Origin: Polyangiaceae bacterium
Lineage (GTDB): Bacteria; Myxococcota_A; Polyangia; Polyangiales; Polyangiaceae
Direction: 5' to 3'
Assembly (NCBI GenBank): GCA_033763455.1
Contig: JANRKO010000039.1
Coordinates: 96,001 to 160,000 of the forward strand
Length of the DNA: 64,000 bases
A program made the translations under genes and the position numbers. The notes under the pieces were generated by a model that was not told the origin of the DNA, made no database searches, and worked only from the letters and a program-made list of their open reading frames with translations. Positions 1 to 9,396 of the stretch are shown piece by piece. Within the stretch, counting starts at the first letter, position 1, and each line of letters begins with the position of its first letter.

Positions 1-1165
1 CCGTTGGTTCGACAATGCCTTGCTCACTTGTGAAGTGACTCAGCAAGTTCGGATCCGCCAGGATTTCTGGAGCTCTAAGCTCGTAGGAGGCACCCGAATT
101 AGCCACGCTTTCAAAGCTCAGGGGCGTGCCGTCTGGCTGCATCAAGCGCAGCGCCGTGGAGGGTCGCTGCAACTTAGCCAAGATCCGATGCCGACCTGAA
201 GGAAGTCGAAGAGCTACTCCCCAGCGGGGCCAACGCGCCCACCTGCGAGGATCGCGATCCTGCACCACGACGTCATCCACCCAAACCTTATAGGCACCCT
301 CAACCGCCAAAATGAGTTGCGTCGGCTGCGACAAGACTACAGTAGCTTCGCCAAAGAAAACACCGTCGCTCACTGGCTCGTCTGCGAAGGTCACGCATCC
401 GGCGGTGTCAGTCTTGAGTGCGCGCGGTTGCTGTGCCGCACCAGCTTCACGAGCGAAAAACGCCGGCAGTGGATAGAGGCGTTCGGCATCGAACTTACGA
501 ACAATGTCCGACCGTTGGCCGGTACCAAAGGGGCCGCTGAGACTAATATTCTCAGCGCACCCCTGCACCTTGGCTTCCAGAGCGCGATCACTCTTCTCCT
601 TATTGGCTCGCGCTTCAGCCGCCTTCCAAGATACTAACTGAATGCGAGCACGCCAGCCTATGTTTTTCGGGTGCCGAATAGCAGCGTCGAGCTCCTTTTG
701 ATGGTGCTCAAACAGATCCCGCGAATCTCTGCGCAGCTCCACGGCTTGGCGCAATGCGAACCAGGCGACCAGTGGCGCCACCTCAGAATTGGACTCCCGA
801 GCGGCTAAGAAAGCCTGAATCAGCGTATCTCCAGCGACCTTGACACGCCCGTGCAGGCTATCGTCTAGGCCCAAGCCTAGCAAAGCATACATGCCCAGGT
901 TTTTCTTTCCCTCCAGGCGTTGGCGAGCCTCTTTCGCGTACTTCGGTGAACCACCTGGCGAAATGAGCTCATGCAGCAACCAGCGGCCGACCACCTCCGT
1001 GTCAACGCTCAGCCGAGCCTCCGCCCGAACAGGTGACAAGTCAGAGCTTGCTGGCTTTTGGCTGTGAGACGCCCCGCACGCAGAGATGGACGTTGCAAGT
1101 AAAACGCCGCCAAGCACCTTGGCTACCAAGGCCCCTAGTCGAAAAGTGGGAACCGATTGTCGCAT
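1..1165 (-). CDS. Large lipoprotein, runs off the left edge (partial); probable partner of the adjacent DUF3857/transglutaminase gene
   Basis: Absent from the ORF track. Manual translation of the minus strand is open from ATG 1165 to the edge: MRQSVPTFRLGALVAKVLGGVLLATSISA-CGASHSQ..., with a signal peptide and lipobox Cys. Starts 3 nt after the stop of the upstream gene (1169). Confidence 0.8.
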   Translation of the reverse strand, partial: MRQSVPTFRLGALVAKVLGGVLLATSISACGASHSQKPASSDLSPVRAEARLSVDTEVVGRWLLHELISPGGSPKYAKEARQRLEGKKNLGMYALLGLGLDDSLHGRVKVAGDTLIQAFLAARESNSEVAPLVAWFALRQAVELRRDSRDLFEHHQKELDAAIRHPKNIGWRARIQLVSWKAAEARANKEKSDRALEAKVQGCAENISLSGPFGTGQRSDIVRKFDAERLYPLPAFFAREAGAAQQPRALKTDTAGCVTFADEPVSDGVFFGEATVVLSQPTQLILAVEGAYKVWVDDVVVQDRDPRRWARWPRWGVALRLPSGRHRILAKLQRPSTALRLMQPDGTPLSFESVANSGASYELRAPEILADPNLLSHFTSEQGIVEPT

Positions 1166-1168
1166 GAT

Positions 1169-4100
1169 TTACCGGGAAGGAGTGAGCACTAGGCGTGTTG
1201 AAAAGGCGGTATCGACAGCGGCACAAAAGCGTTGCCACGCAGCGTAATCCTTAGGGGCGATGCGCGTTGCGCTGACCAACAGCTTGGAACGAAATGAAAT
1301 CGCTCTTCCCGAAGTTTTCACTTCGATCGCATAACTTCCAAAACGCGAGGCTTCGCTGACGCTTGCGGGTGCTATTTCTACCCGATACCCCTGTGGGATC
1401 TGCACCGTGAAGGTGTCGTCGACCCCAGTAAGGCCGAGCACTCTTACGTCCTGTTTGCGAGCAGAAAGAGCTGCGTAATTGGCGGTGAGCCTTGGATCAG
1501 GAGTCACACGCACGCTTAGCCTATCGCCCTCGCGCCTGCCAAACCCTGCAACAGTGGCGCTCGCCTCCAGCCAAGGCGTGGCCTCATTGTCTTCAAGATC
1601 GCTGGTTTTCAGGCTCGCCATGTCGAGGTGGAGCCCCGGAAAAGTCTGCCCTAGGTCAATCAAAAGCCGTTCGCCAAGCGTCCCTTTGGCGTGATACCGC
1701 CGGCGGAACCCCGAAGCTTCTGCCCCCAAAGCCGTTACCTTGATCCCCACTTTGGCCTCGCCGTTTGCTCTGAGGTCTGCTTCAACCACACGGTTAACCT
1801 GGTCGCTTTCCGGCAGGCGTGTAGGGAGCGTCACCGGCACCGCATCTCCCTCGTTCACCAATAAACCTTGGCTTTCCCTGTCCATGAGCGGGAGCTCGAG
1901 CGCTGAAGTGAATTCAGCCGTGCCATCCAGGAAAAGGTTGAGGCTCGGAACATAAGCGATAGCGTGGTCAAAAAGCGCCAGGCTTGCGAGCGGCGTTGCG
2001 GTATTGCCGCGCATCTGCGTGCGCACCAATACGATCGTGGATTTTATGCCCACGGCCTTCAGGAGTGAAACAATGACGGTTGCTTTGTCTTTGCAGTCAC
2101 CCCAGCCGCGATTGACAGTTTGCACCGATCGGCGCGGCTTGTAGCCGTAAATGCCGAATTCGAGCGCAACATAGCGAGTATTTTTGACTACCCAGCCGTA
2201 GATGGCTTTCACCTTATCGAGTTCGGTAGTTTTCCCCGCGGTGATCTTTTCCGCTAGCCGTTTCGTCTCCGCGTCTAAATCGAACTGATCCTGAACCAGC
2301 CCCCAGTACCACCGGCCAAGCTCCTTCCAATCCTTGTAAGTGGATACGTGAATGTATCCGAGAGATTCAGTAGCCGGGGGCATCGATGGTTCGGCTACCA
2401 ACGCCGGCACGGCATCGGCAGAAAACCTAGCGATGTGCTGATCACCTGCATCCGCATCCACCCGCCGCAGGTTCTTAAGATTATGATCGATGTAGATCTT
2501 GCGACTTTTGGGCGTAATAAGCACGTATTCCGCGTTCTGAACCGGCTCATTCGATTGCAGATACACCATGTCGCCAAAGTAATCGGCGAACTCGTTGCGA
2601 GGAGTAATATCGTCAATTCGGTAGCGCAACTCCACCACATCTCCGGGTTCGAGCCGAGGGAATTGGACGTAGAAGTTGCGCCCTGAAGTGTACATAGAGA
2701 TAGAGGGATCGTCGGCCGCACCCTCGCCGGATTCGATGGCTTCATCCACTCGCCCATCGGCACGAAACACCTTGGCGCCTCTTAGTTGCACGCTTTGCTG
2801 AGAAGCCTCATAGCCAAACGCGTATTGCCTGAGTTCGGCCGCGGCAGTGTCAGTAAGAGGCTGGAAGACGACCTGGCGAAATGTTCGGGAGAGGCCGTTC
2901 GGGAACACAGTTGTAACGGTGAGATCGCGCAGAGTGCGCTGACTTTCACCAAGGCGAGGTTGCGCTCGCAGCTTTAGAAAACGCTCTTCCGGCCACGCGT
3001 AGACCTCGTCCGGCTTCTGATCCGAAGGCGCCAAGTAATCTACATACTGGCGCACGCTCTTCTCCTGGGGTTGCACCTCAAGCAGCTTTCGCAAGTAGCT
3101 TAACTCCAAGTCGCGCCGACCAAGGCCGCCCTGCATATCGGCGATACTCCGCAGAGTCCCAACGTCGTCAGGCGAAAGCTCAAGGGCTCGCTCCAAAGTT
3201 GCGACAGCACGCTGGGGTTGGCCAAGCGCACGATAGGTATTCGCCGCAAACCCTAGCGCCCATTGACTATCCGGATTGAGCGCGAGCAAACGCTCCAACC
3301 AAAATTCAGAAGCTTCACGGTCTTGCCGGGCGAGGCTGAGCGCCACCATCTGAGTGAGCGTCGAACGATCGTCAAAATTGCGAGCTGAATAGGCGCGAGC
3401 AACACTGCTCGACTCAAGCGAGCGACCCAGGTTCTTGAGCTGTGCAACCAAGAGACCCCGAAGCTGCAGGCTTTCCGGATTTCGCTGGGCAGCGCTTTCA
3501 AGAAACGTAAGGCCCGTCCGTGGCAGGCCTGCCTCATTGAAGAGCGATACTTTCGCAGCAATCGCCTCGGCGTTGTCTGGCCTGAGCGCTAAAACCTGAT
3601 CGACATAGACGAAGGCGTCCCGCCAGTTCGGGCTCTCCTCTGCGTGGCTCGCCTGCGCCAACAAGACGTCAATATCGCGCTCTGCGTTCTTCTGATCGAG
3701 GGCAACCGCCCTATCCAACCATAGCCGCTCCTGATTGTGATCTTCAGCGAGCCTAGCCGCTAGGAGCAGCCGGGGTAGCGTCGGAGCTTCTTCGGCCGCG
3801 CGCACCGCCAGATCGCGCGCCTGGTGTTGGCTCCTATCATCCCCGGAGGTTTTCGCTAGGTACAGAGCGTATTCATACAGAACCTCAGGCGTTACCTTGG
3901 GATTCTGAGCCAACATCTCAAACTCGGCGAGAGGGCCAAGCTTTTCAGATGGCTCGGATGACGCAGCGCTTGGAGAGCTCTTCTGAGCGACCCCGCTGTC
4001 GAAAGGACCCGAGCCCTTCTGCTCCCGCACTGTCTCGACGGCGTCTGCGGATGTTTGTAGCTGGTTGTCGAAAAGGAGCCCTGGATCTGGCTCGCCCTTG

Positions 4101-4909
4101 GCGTCCGCTACACGCACAGAAAGCATCGGCGCCTTAGCCTCGCCGCATAGCTTCACGGTCAGTTGATTGTAACCGGGGGCAAGGTCGACCTTGGTGCCCC
4201 AGCGATCGGTATCGTGTCCACGATACGCGCTGTCGGCGAGAACTTCGCGCCCATTCCAAAAGACTTTGAATGCTCCGCTCGCTCCCACCCACACCGTCGC
4301 TGGCCTCACCCCGCGGGTAAGCTGAGAATGCTTAACAAACGTCGTCGCATAACCACAAATGGCTGACTTGGGCAGCATGAGGGCCCCAAAATCCAGCCAG
4401 CCATATCCAAAAACCTCGGGCGGGCGGCGCCAACGCACCGGGCGTTCTTTCCCTGAGAAGGCCTGGCCCGGCACGATGGGTCGCTTCAACAGCGACTCTG
4501 GCTCAAACGCTCGATTGAAGCCCGCCTTGCCTTCGTTGTCGAAGGGCCCCAAGGTGAGCCACTTGTCTACGAATCCTAGCCCGTGAATGGTCGCAACGGC
4601 CGCGTTTAGATCCCCACGCCTAGTCTGAACAAAGCTGAGCAGGGTATTTGCGTAGGCCCGCACCGGCGCCGAAAACCGCCTGTTCTGAGCCGCACCCCGG
4701 AGCGCCTCCTCCACGTGCTGAGGATTGGTGATGCTATAAACGCGAAAGATGTCGCGCAGCCGAACATAGGCCTCTGGCCCCTTGGCTGTTTTCAATGCCT
4801 GAACTGCCCGTTCGAGCTCGGGGTCAAAAACACCAGCTTGAGCGCGAGCCAGTTCGGAATGGAACAGCCCGAGGAGCGCCAGTGCAAGCAACACGCAAGA
4901 GCGACGCAT
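1169..4909 (-). CDS. Secreted TPR + DUF3857 + transglutaminase-like domain protein
   Basis: Signal peptide MRRSCVLLALALLGLFHSELARA (start probably 4909, not 4975). Central TPR-like helices, DUF3857-like segment (FPRLEPGDVVELRY), and Cys-His-Asp triad motifs GDCKDKA / FDHAIAY / LFLDGT. Confidence 0.85.
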   Translation of the reverse strand: MRRSCVLLALALLGLFHSELARAQAGVFDPELERAVQALKTAKGPEAYVRLRDIFRVYSITNPQHVEEALRGAAQNRRFSAPVRAYANTLLSFVQTRRGDLNAAVATIHGLGFVDKWLTLGPFDNEGKAGFNRAFEPESLLKRPIVPGQAFSGKERPVRWRRPPEVFGYGWLDFGALMLPKSAICGYATTFVKHSQLTRGVRPATVWVGASGAFKVFWNGREVLADSAYRGHDTDRWGTKVDLAPGYNQLTVKLCGEAKAPMLSVRVADAKGEPDPGLLFDNQLQTSADAVETVREQKGSGPFDSGVAQKSSPSAASSEPSEKLGPLAEFEMLAQNPKVTPEVLYEYALYLAKTSGDDRSQHQARDLAVRAAEEAPTLPRLLLAARLAEDHNQERLWLDRAVALDQKNAERDIDVLLAQASHAEESPNWRDAFVYVDQVLALRPDNAEAIAAKVSLFNEAGLPRTGLTFLESAAQRNPESLQLRGLLVAQLKNLGRSLESSSVARAYSARNFDDRSTLTQMVALSLARQDREASEFWLERLLALNPDSQWALGFAANTYRALGQPQRAVATLERALELSPDDVGTLRSIADMQGGLGRRDLELSYLRKLLEVQPQEKSVRQYVDYLAPSDQKPDEVYAWPEERFLKLRAQPRLGESQRTLRDLTVTTVFPNGLSRTFRQVVFQPLTDTAAAELRQYAFGYEASQQSVQLRGAKVFRADGRVDEAIESGEGAADDPSISMYTSGRNFYVQFPRLEPGDVVELRYRIDDITPRNEFADYFGDMVYLQSNEPVQNAEYVLITPKSRKIYIDHNLKNLRRVDADAGDQHIARFSADAVPALVAEPSMPPATESLGYIHVSTYKDWKELGRWYWGLVQDQFDLDAETKRLAEKITAGKTTELDKVKAIYGWVVKNTRYVALEFGIYGYKPRRSVQTVNRGWGDCKDKATVIVSLLKAVGIKSTIVLVRTQMRGNTATPLASLALFDHAIAYVPSLNLFLDGTAEFTSALELPLMDRESQGLLVNEGDAVPVTLPTRLPESDQVNRVVEADLRANGEAKVGIKVTALGAEASGFRRRYHAKGTLGERLLIDLGQTFPGLHLDMASLKTSDLEDNEATPWLEASATVAGFGRREGDRLSVRVTPDPRLTANYAALSARKQDVRVLGLTGVDDTFTVQIPQGYRVEIAPASVSEASRFGSYAIEVKTSGRAISFRSKLLVSATRIAPKDYAAWQRFCAAVDTAFSTRLVLTPSR

Positions 4910-5374
4910 CCTGGCTCGGACGTCCGCCGGGGTGGGACCTTGGTGGTTTTTTTTTGTAAAGAGCAGTGAGGGCACGCAAGGTCATGATTATCCTGGGGCC
5001 ACGCGCCGGCAAACTCTCTCCGCGGCAAAATACTCGGCTGAGCTCGCGGCCAGCCCTCGGGAGTGGCCCATGGGCCTGGAAGAAAGCCTTGCTGGGCCGG
5101 AGAAGCTCCGATAAAAATGAAGGATCGACTGAGCGCGAGCTTTTCGGTTCAGCAGGTCCCGTTCCCAATGCAAGAGAGCGTTCCCCAGACCAGTTTCCAG
5201 CGGACAAAGCTCCGGCCTGGGGCTTGGACGCCGGGTGTTTCGGACAGCCTGTCACCCGGAAGCGCCGCTCTAGCGAAGGAAATTGCGAGATTCGTCGACA
5301 TCGACGGGCACAATAAGCGAAGATGCTCGTCCCAAGTTCTGAAGACACGAGCGGAGAGGCTTTCGGAGGCGCGA

Positions 5375-5857
5375 ATGGTTAACCCCCAGATGGTGATGTA
5401 CGAAGAGGAGTTCAACCAGATCCAAACGGTCGTGGACCGTCTGGTTCGGGAAGCGAACGCCAGGGTCGTCTTCATTGTCGACAAGAACGGCCAACTCATC
5501 GCAGCCAGCGGTGAGGTGGACAACATTGACACCACATCCCTCGCCTCGCTGACAGCGGGTAACATTGCGGCCACCGGCGGTATCGCCAAGCTACTGCGGG
5601 AGAACGAGTTTGCAACGCAGTTTCACGAAGGTGAGAAGGCGAACATCCACATCCAGTTGGTAGGTAACCGTGTGATCTTGGTGGTCATTTTCGATTCCAA
5701 GTCTTCGCTCGGGCTGGTGCGGCTGCGTGTGCGAAAGGCGGCCGACGAATTAACTCGGATTTTCGAGGCGCTCCTCACGAAAGTTAGAGAGCCAGGCGGT
5801 GATTCGCCCTTCGCTGAAATCACCGACGAGGACATTGACAACCTTTTCAATGATTGA
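5375..5857 (+). CDS. mglB: Gliding-motility MglA GTPase-activating protein MglB (roadblock/LC7)
   Basis: MVMYEEEF...DKNGQLIA...SLASLTAGNIAATGG...SPFAEITDEDIDNLF. GGAGG at 5365-5369 precedes ATG 5375. Directly upstream of mglA. Confidence 0.95.
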   Translation: MVNPQMVMYEEEFNQIQTVVDRLVREANARVVFIVDKNGQLIAASGEVDNIDTTSLASLTAGNIAATGGIAKLLRENEFATQFHEGEKANIHIQLVGNRVILVVIFDSKSSLGLVRLRVRKAADELTRIFEALLTKVREPGGDSPFAEITDEDIDNLFND

Positions 5858-5866
5858 GGTCGGGCG

Positions 5867-6457
5867 ATGAGTTTCATCAACTACATGGCCCGAGAGATCA
5901 ACTGTAAGTTGGTCTACTACGGGCCGGGCCTTTGCGGCAAAACCACCAATCTACAGTACATCTACGAGCGCACGAACCCCGAAGCCAAAGGCAAGATGAT
6001 AAGCCTTGCCACGGAAACGGAGCGCACACTCTTCTTCGACTTCCTCCCACTTTCACTTGGGGAGATCCGTGGCTTCAAGACGCGCTTCCATCTGTACACG
6101 GTGCCGGGCCAAGTCTTTTACGATGCAAGCCGTAAGCTCATCTTGAAGGGCGTAGATGGCATCATCTTCGTCGCGGACTCGCAGATTGAGCGCCTCGAAG
6201 CCAATCAGGAGAGCGTCGAGAATCTACGTACCAATCTGGCAGAGCAGGGCTACTCGCTCGAAAAGATCCCGTATGTCATTCAGTACAACAAGCGTGATCT
6301 TCCCAACGCCGTAGATGTGCAGGAGCTTCGCTCGTTGCTCAATCCGATGGGTGTTCCTGATTTTGAAGCCAACGCTCGCTCGGGCATCGGCGTGTTCGAC
6401 ACGCTGAAGGCAACCAGCAAGCTCGTGCTCCAGGAACTCAAAAAGGGTGCCCCTTAA
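5867..6457 (+). CDS. mglA: Ras-like GTPase MglA
   Basis: [43 protein letters not shown] and NKRD motifs. Confidence 0.97.
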   Translation: MSFINYMAREINCKLVYYGPGLCGKTTNLQYIYERTNPEAKGKMISLATETERTLFFDFLPLSLGEIRGFKTRFHLYTVPGQVFYDASRKLILKGVDGIIFVADSQIERLEANQESVENLRTNLAEQGYSLEKIPYVIQYNKRDLPNAVDVQELRSLLNPMGVPDFEANARSGIGVFDTLKATSKLVLQELKKGAP

Positions 6458-6466
6458 GGCACCCTT
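6443..6466 (+). terminator. 9-bp hairpin overlapping the mglA stop codon
   Basis: AAGGGTGCC-CCTTAA-GGCACCCTT is a perfect inverted repeat; no clear U-tract. Confidence 0.4.
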
Positions 6467-6604
6467 AGATAGCGAGGCAACGCCCGGTAAGTGCGCTCGC
6501 ACCTAGTGGGGTGTGGGCGCGCACCTCGCGAAGGGCGCACAATTCGCTGGCAACACCGGCTTCGGCAGTAAGGGGTTCGGCAATAGGCCGAGCCCTCCTT
6601 GCGC

Positions 6605-6727
6605 TTACTTGTTGGGGTTAACGCGACCGCGGCGAGCGCGATTCTTCGCTTTGAGGGCCGCGCGATTGCGGATACTGCGCTTACGGTCGAGGCGGCGGGG
6701 TTTGCCTTTTCGGAGCATCAAAAACAT
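6605..6727 (-). CDS. Very small, highly basic protein (37-40 aa)
   Basis: (MFL)MLRKGKPRRLDRKRSIRNRAALKAKNRARRGRVNPNK; ATG at 6727 or 6718; lies in otherwise intergenic space. Confidence 0.5.
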   Translation of the reverse strand: MFLMLRKGKPRRLDRKRSIRNRAALKAKNRARRGRVNPNK

Positions 6728-7079
6728 GGGGCGCGGACTATGGTCGAGGTCCGGGGCGGGATCAAGGGGGTTCACCCTTGGCCCGAATTGAGGCGGCGCA
6801 GCACCTGAATTTGAGCGGGCGAGGTCCAGCGCACCCGGGCGGGGTTGGGCCCTGAGCGCCGCGCGGAGTCTCGGGCGCACCGAACAGAGAAGCAGCCTCC
6901 GATCATCTCACGAACACCCAAATCCACCTATCGCGGACAGGGCAGCGTGAAGAACATGGTGAGAGATGAGGTTCCGTTCGGGGGTAGGAACGCCGCACAG
7001 CATCCGATTGCGTCAGAGTATCAACGCTGTCCTTAATGGATCGGTATTAGCGGGCACGGACGGCCCCATACTGCGCGCG

Positions 7080-8912
7080 CTAGAATTCCTCGAAGGAGCC
7101 AACGTGCACGATGTAAGGAGTCACCTTTTCGCCGCGAATGCGCAGGCGAACACTCCTAGAGAAACCCGGATCTTGATCAAAGAGTAGATACGCGGAGCCT
7201 CCGCTTGAGAGAAAGAAACCGTTCGTTAGGTAGTTCCCAACACGTACGACCGACATCAACTGAATCTCGCGCGACCCCCGTTGGCCCTTGAAGTCCGACC
7301 AATGTAGATCGCGACGCCGAGTCAAAGGCATGCCGTCCGCCACTACGAGGGATCCCGTGTTTCGCCCGATTCGGACGAGGTATTCGTTCTTGTCAGATGG
7401 GGCGGGCAGAGGCGCGTTTCCGAGCGCACGAAACACTAGCGGGGCCACCACTAGCACCGCCGCCAACATTAAAGCAGGCACGACGCCCGCCCAATCCCTC
7501 TCGGTACTCTGCGCGGCAGGGGGTGCCTGTGCCGTACCTCCCAACCTCCCAAACGCAAAGGCGAGCAGCGCCGAGACCAAGGGAACCGTTGCCACAAGGA
7601 CGCGTGCACCCCCGTCGGCAAGGAATGGCGCAGACAGAACGACTCCGAGTGCTCCAAACAACAGAAAGCCCGGATAGCGCGCTTTGGGCCATCCCGTGAG
7701 AAGAATGCCAAGAGCGACCGTTGATAACACGAACCAGAGAGCCGGTGAGAAACCTGGAGTGAAGGGATAGAGTAGCGGCGCCGGATTCATAAGGTGGGTG
7801 GACAGCGCGCTCCAAAGAGCTCTCAGTAGGACAGTTGGGTCCTCCTGGATCTTTTCAAATGCAAAATGAAAGATCTTACGCGATGCCTCGCCGTCCGAAA
7901 GGCCATGAAGCTCCGCCTGGTGCTGCGTGAGCACGTATTTCCAGCCTTTTCCACCAGCCGCTAGTCCGTAAAGCGTGTAGGAGAAGTTCCCTTGAAACGT
8001 GGCGTTTGGGTGCACCACGATGCGGGTGGCCGCAAAGATAGCCCCGAGGAACACGCCGACAACGGCGCCGAGCCGAAGCACGTTCCGCCACGTCTGTCGC
8101 AGTGACTGATGCTGAGACACCAGCAGCTGAGCCGCCACCAATGGGACCGCAAATATCGCACCAGCTCGGGTGAGTACCGCAAGCGCTAGCGTGCCCAGCC
8201 CCAGACAGCTCATTAAGAAGTGGTTCCGTGAGAAGCCCCGGACCAAGGCACCCACAGCAATGCAGCCCATGATGAGTCCTGCGCTCTCTGACATGAACGT
8301 TCCCGCTGTGGAACCGTAGGCACCGAGCACGAGGCTACAGAAGGCCAACGCCCCTCCCATTCCCCACGCCGAAGTGATCTGCGAAGCCGCCCACGCCGTT
8401 GAACATGCCATTAAGAGCGCAACGAGCGTGTAAAATCCTATAAGATCCTGCCCGGCGAGGGCATAGAGAACTGCATACAGGATCGTGGCGGTCGGGCGCC
8501 TGGAGCACCATTCATCGAGCTTCCCGAAATTAAGCAAGGATCGGACGCCGTTGAAATAATCCCCAGCATCACTGTACGGCAGAATGTTTCCAACGAAGAC
8601 CGGCTCCCCACTTGGGTGCAGCAAGAAATGTTCAACCATGGCAATGGTTGAGACCACAAGGCTTGCCCATAAGAGAAATCTTGCGCCAGGCGTGCGATAG
8701 CGTCGCCTCAATTCAGTCGGATGCGTGCACTCCAGAGCGAAGAGCACGACGCCCACTAACAGAAAACCTGCGAAGATGTCTGTGGGCGCGATGGCCAGGT
8801 GCAGCTTTAGCGCTCCCCCCAACACGATACTACTCGCCAAGATCCACGGCCAAACCGCGCGCAGCCATGCGGTGAACTTCGCGAGCACCTCTCCCCAGAT
8901 CAAGTTCCTCAT
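7080..8912 (-). CDS. Polytopic membrane protein, probable GT-C-type (ArnT/PMT-like) glycosyltransferase
   Basis: Many TM helices, first-loop motif SDAGDY..RRP, a later SES motif and a C-terminal soluble domain. Confidence 0.55.
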   Translation of the reverse strand: MRNLIWGEVLAKFTAWLRAVWPWILASSIVLGGALKLHLAIAPTDIFAGFLLVGVVLFALECTHPTELRRRYRTPGARFLLWASLVVSTIAMVEHFLLHPSGEPVFVGNILPYSDAGDYFNGVRSLLNFGKLDEWCSRRPTATILYAVLYALAGQDLIGFYTLVALLMACSTAWAASQITSAWGMGGALAFCSLVLGAYGSTAGTFMSESAGLIMGCIAVGALVRGFSRNHFLMSCLGLGTLALAVLTRAGAIFAVPLVAAQLLVSQHQSLRQTWRNVLRLGAVVGVFLGAIFAATRIVVHPNATFQGNFSYTLYGLAAGGKGWKYVLTQHQAELHGLSDGEASRKIFHFAFEKIQEDPTVLLRALWSALSTHLMNPAPLLYPFTPGFSPALWFVLSTVALGILLTGWPKARYPGFLLFGALGVVLSAPFLADGGARVLVATVPLVSALLAFAFGRLGGTAQAPPAAQSTERDWAGVVPALMLAAVLVVAPLVFRALGNAPLPAPSDKNEYLVRIGRNTGSLVVADGMPLTRRRDLHWSDFKGQRGSREIQLMSVVRVGNYLTNGFFLSSGGSAYLLFDQDPGFSRSVRLRIRGEKVTPYIVHVGSFEEF

Positions 8913-9013
8913 CGGTAGCTTCGCGATGCGCCTACAAGATAATATAAACCGTCAGGTGAGCGGCCGTCGGCGTGCTCCTACCATGACGCCATACACGCAA
9001 CCCATGCCGCACA

Positions 9014-9059
9014 AGATTGCAGATCCTTATCTTGGGTCAACCCTAGGATGCTGCAATCT
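9014..9059 (-). terminator. Long stem-loop just downstream of the rng-PilZ operon
   Basis: AGATTGCAG-ATCCT ... AGGATGCTGCAATCT forms about 14 bp with one bulge, 13 nt past the PilZ stop; no U-tract. Confidence 0.4.
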
Positions 9060-9072
9060 GCAGCTGTCAGGC

Positions 9073-9393
9073 TCAGGGAGCTCCGCCGCTTTGAACCGCG
9101 ACCAAACGAGCGATCACTTCGCGAGAGCGTTCCGATAACTGCTTGAAGACCACGCCCATACCCGGCGGATCTTCCTGGATGCGGGTGACCTCACCGAGCC
9201 CTTCGATGAGCTCGATATCGTCCATGATGAGCGAAAACCTGAGGCTCACCTCCGTTCCAATCTTGAGGGGCTGCTCCGTTTTGATGAACGCCCCTGTGGA
9301 AGAGATGTTGGTCACATATTCTGAAATGAACTGCTCGAACGAGTCGAACTCTTTGTTGATGGTGACACGCTCGCTCTGCCGTTCCGAGGTCAT
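9073..9393 (-). CDS. Stand-alone PilZ domain protein (myxobacterial TIGR02266-like)
   Basis: RQSER (RxxxR) and NISSTG motifs, plus PPGMGVVF. Confidence 0.9.
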   Translation of the reverse strand: MTSERQSERVTINKEFDSFEQFISEYVTNISSTGAFIKTEQPLKIGTEVSLRFSLIMDDIELIEGLGEVTRIQEDPPGMGVVFKQLSERSREVIARLVAVQSGGAP

Positions 9394-9396
9394 ACG

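Noticed and set aside
317..637. Plus-strand 106-aa ORF and other short ORFs in 1-1240
   Set aside because: They are shadows of the long minus-strand lipoprotein frame.
5063..5374. 104-aa N-terminal extension of MglB in the ORF track
   Set aside because: MglB similarity and a good RBS begin at ATG 5375; the upstream part is most likely promoter DNA.
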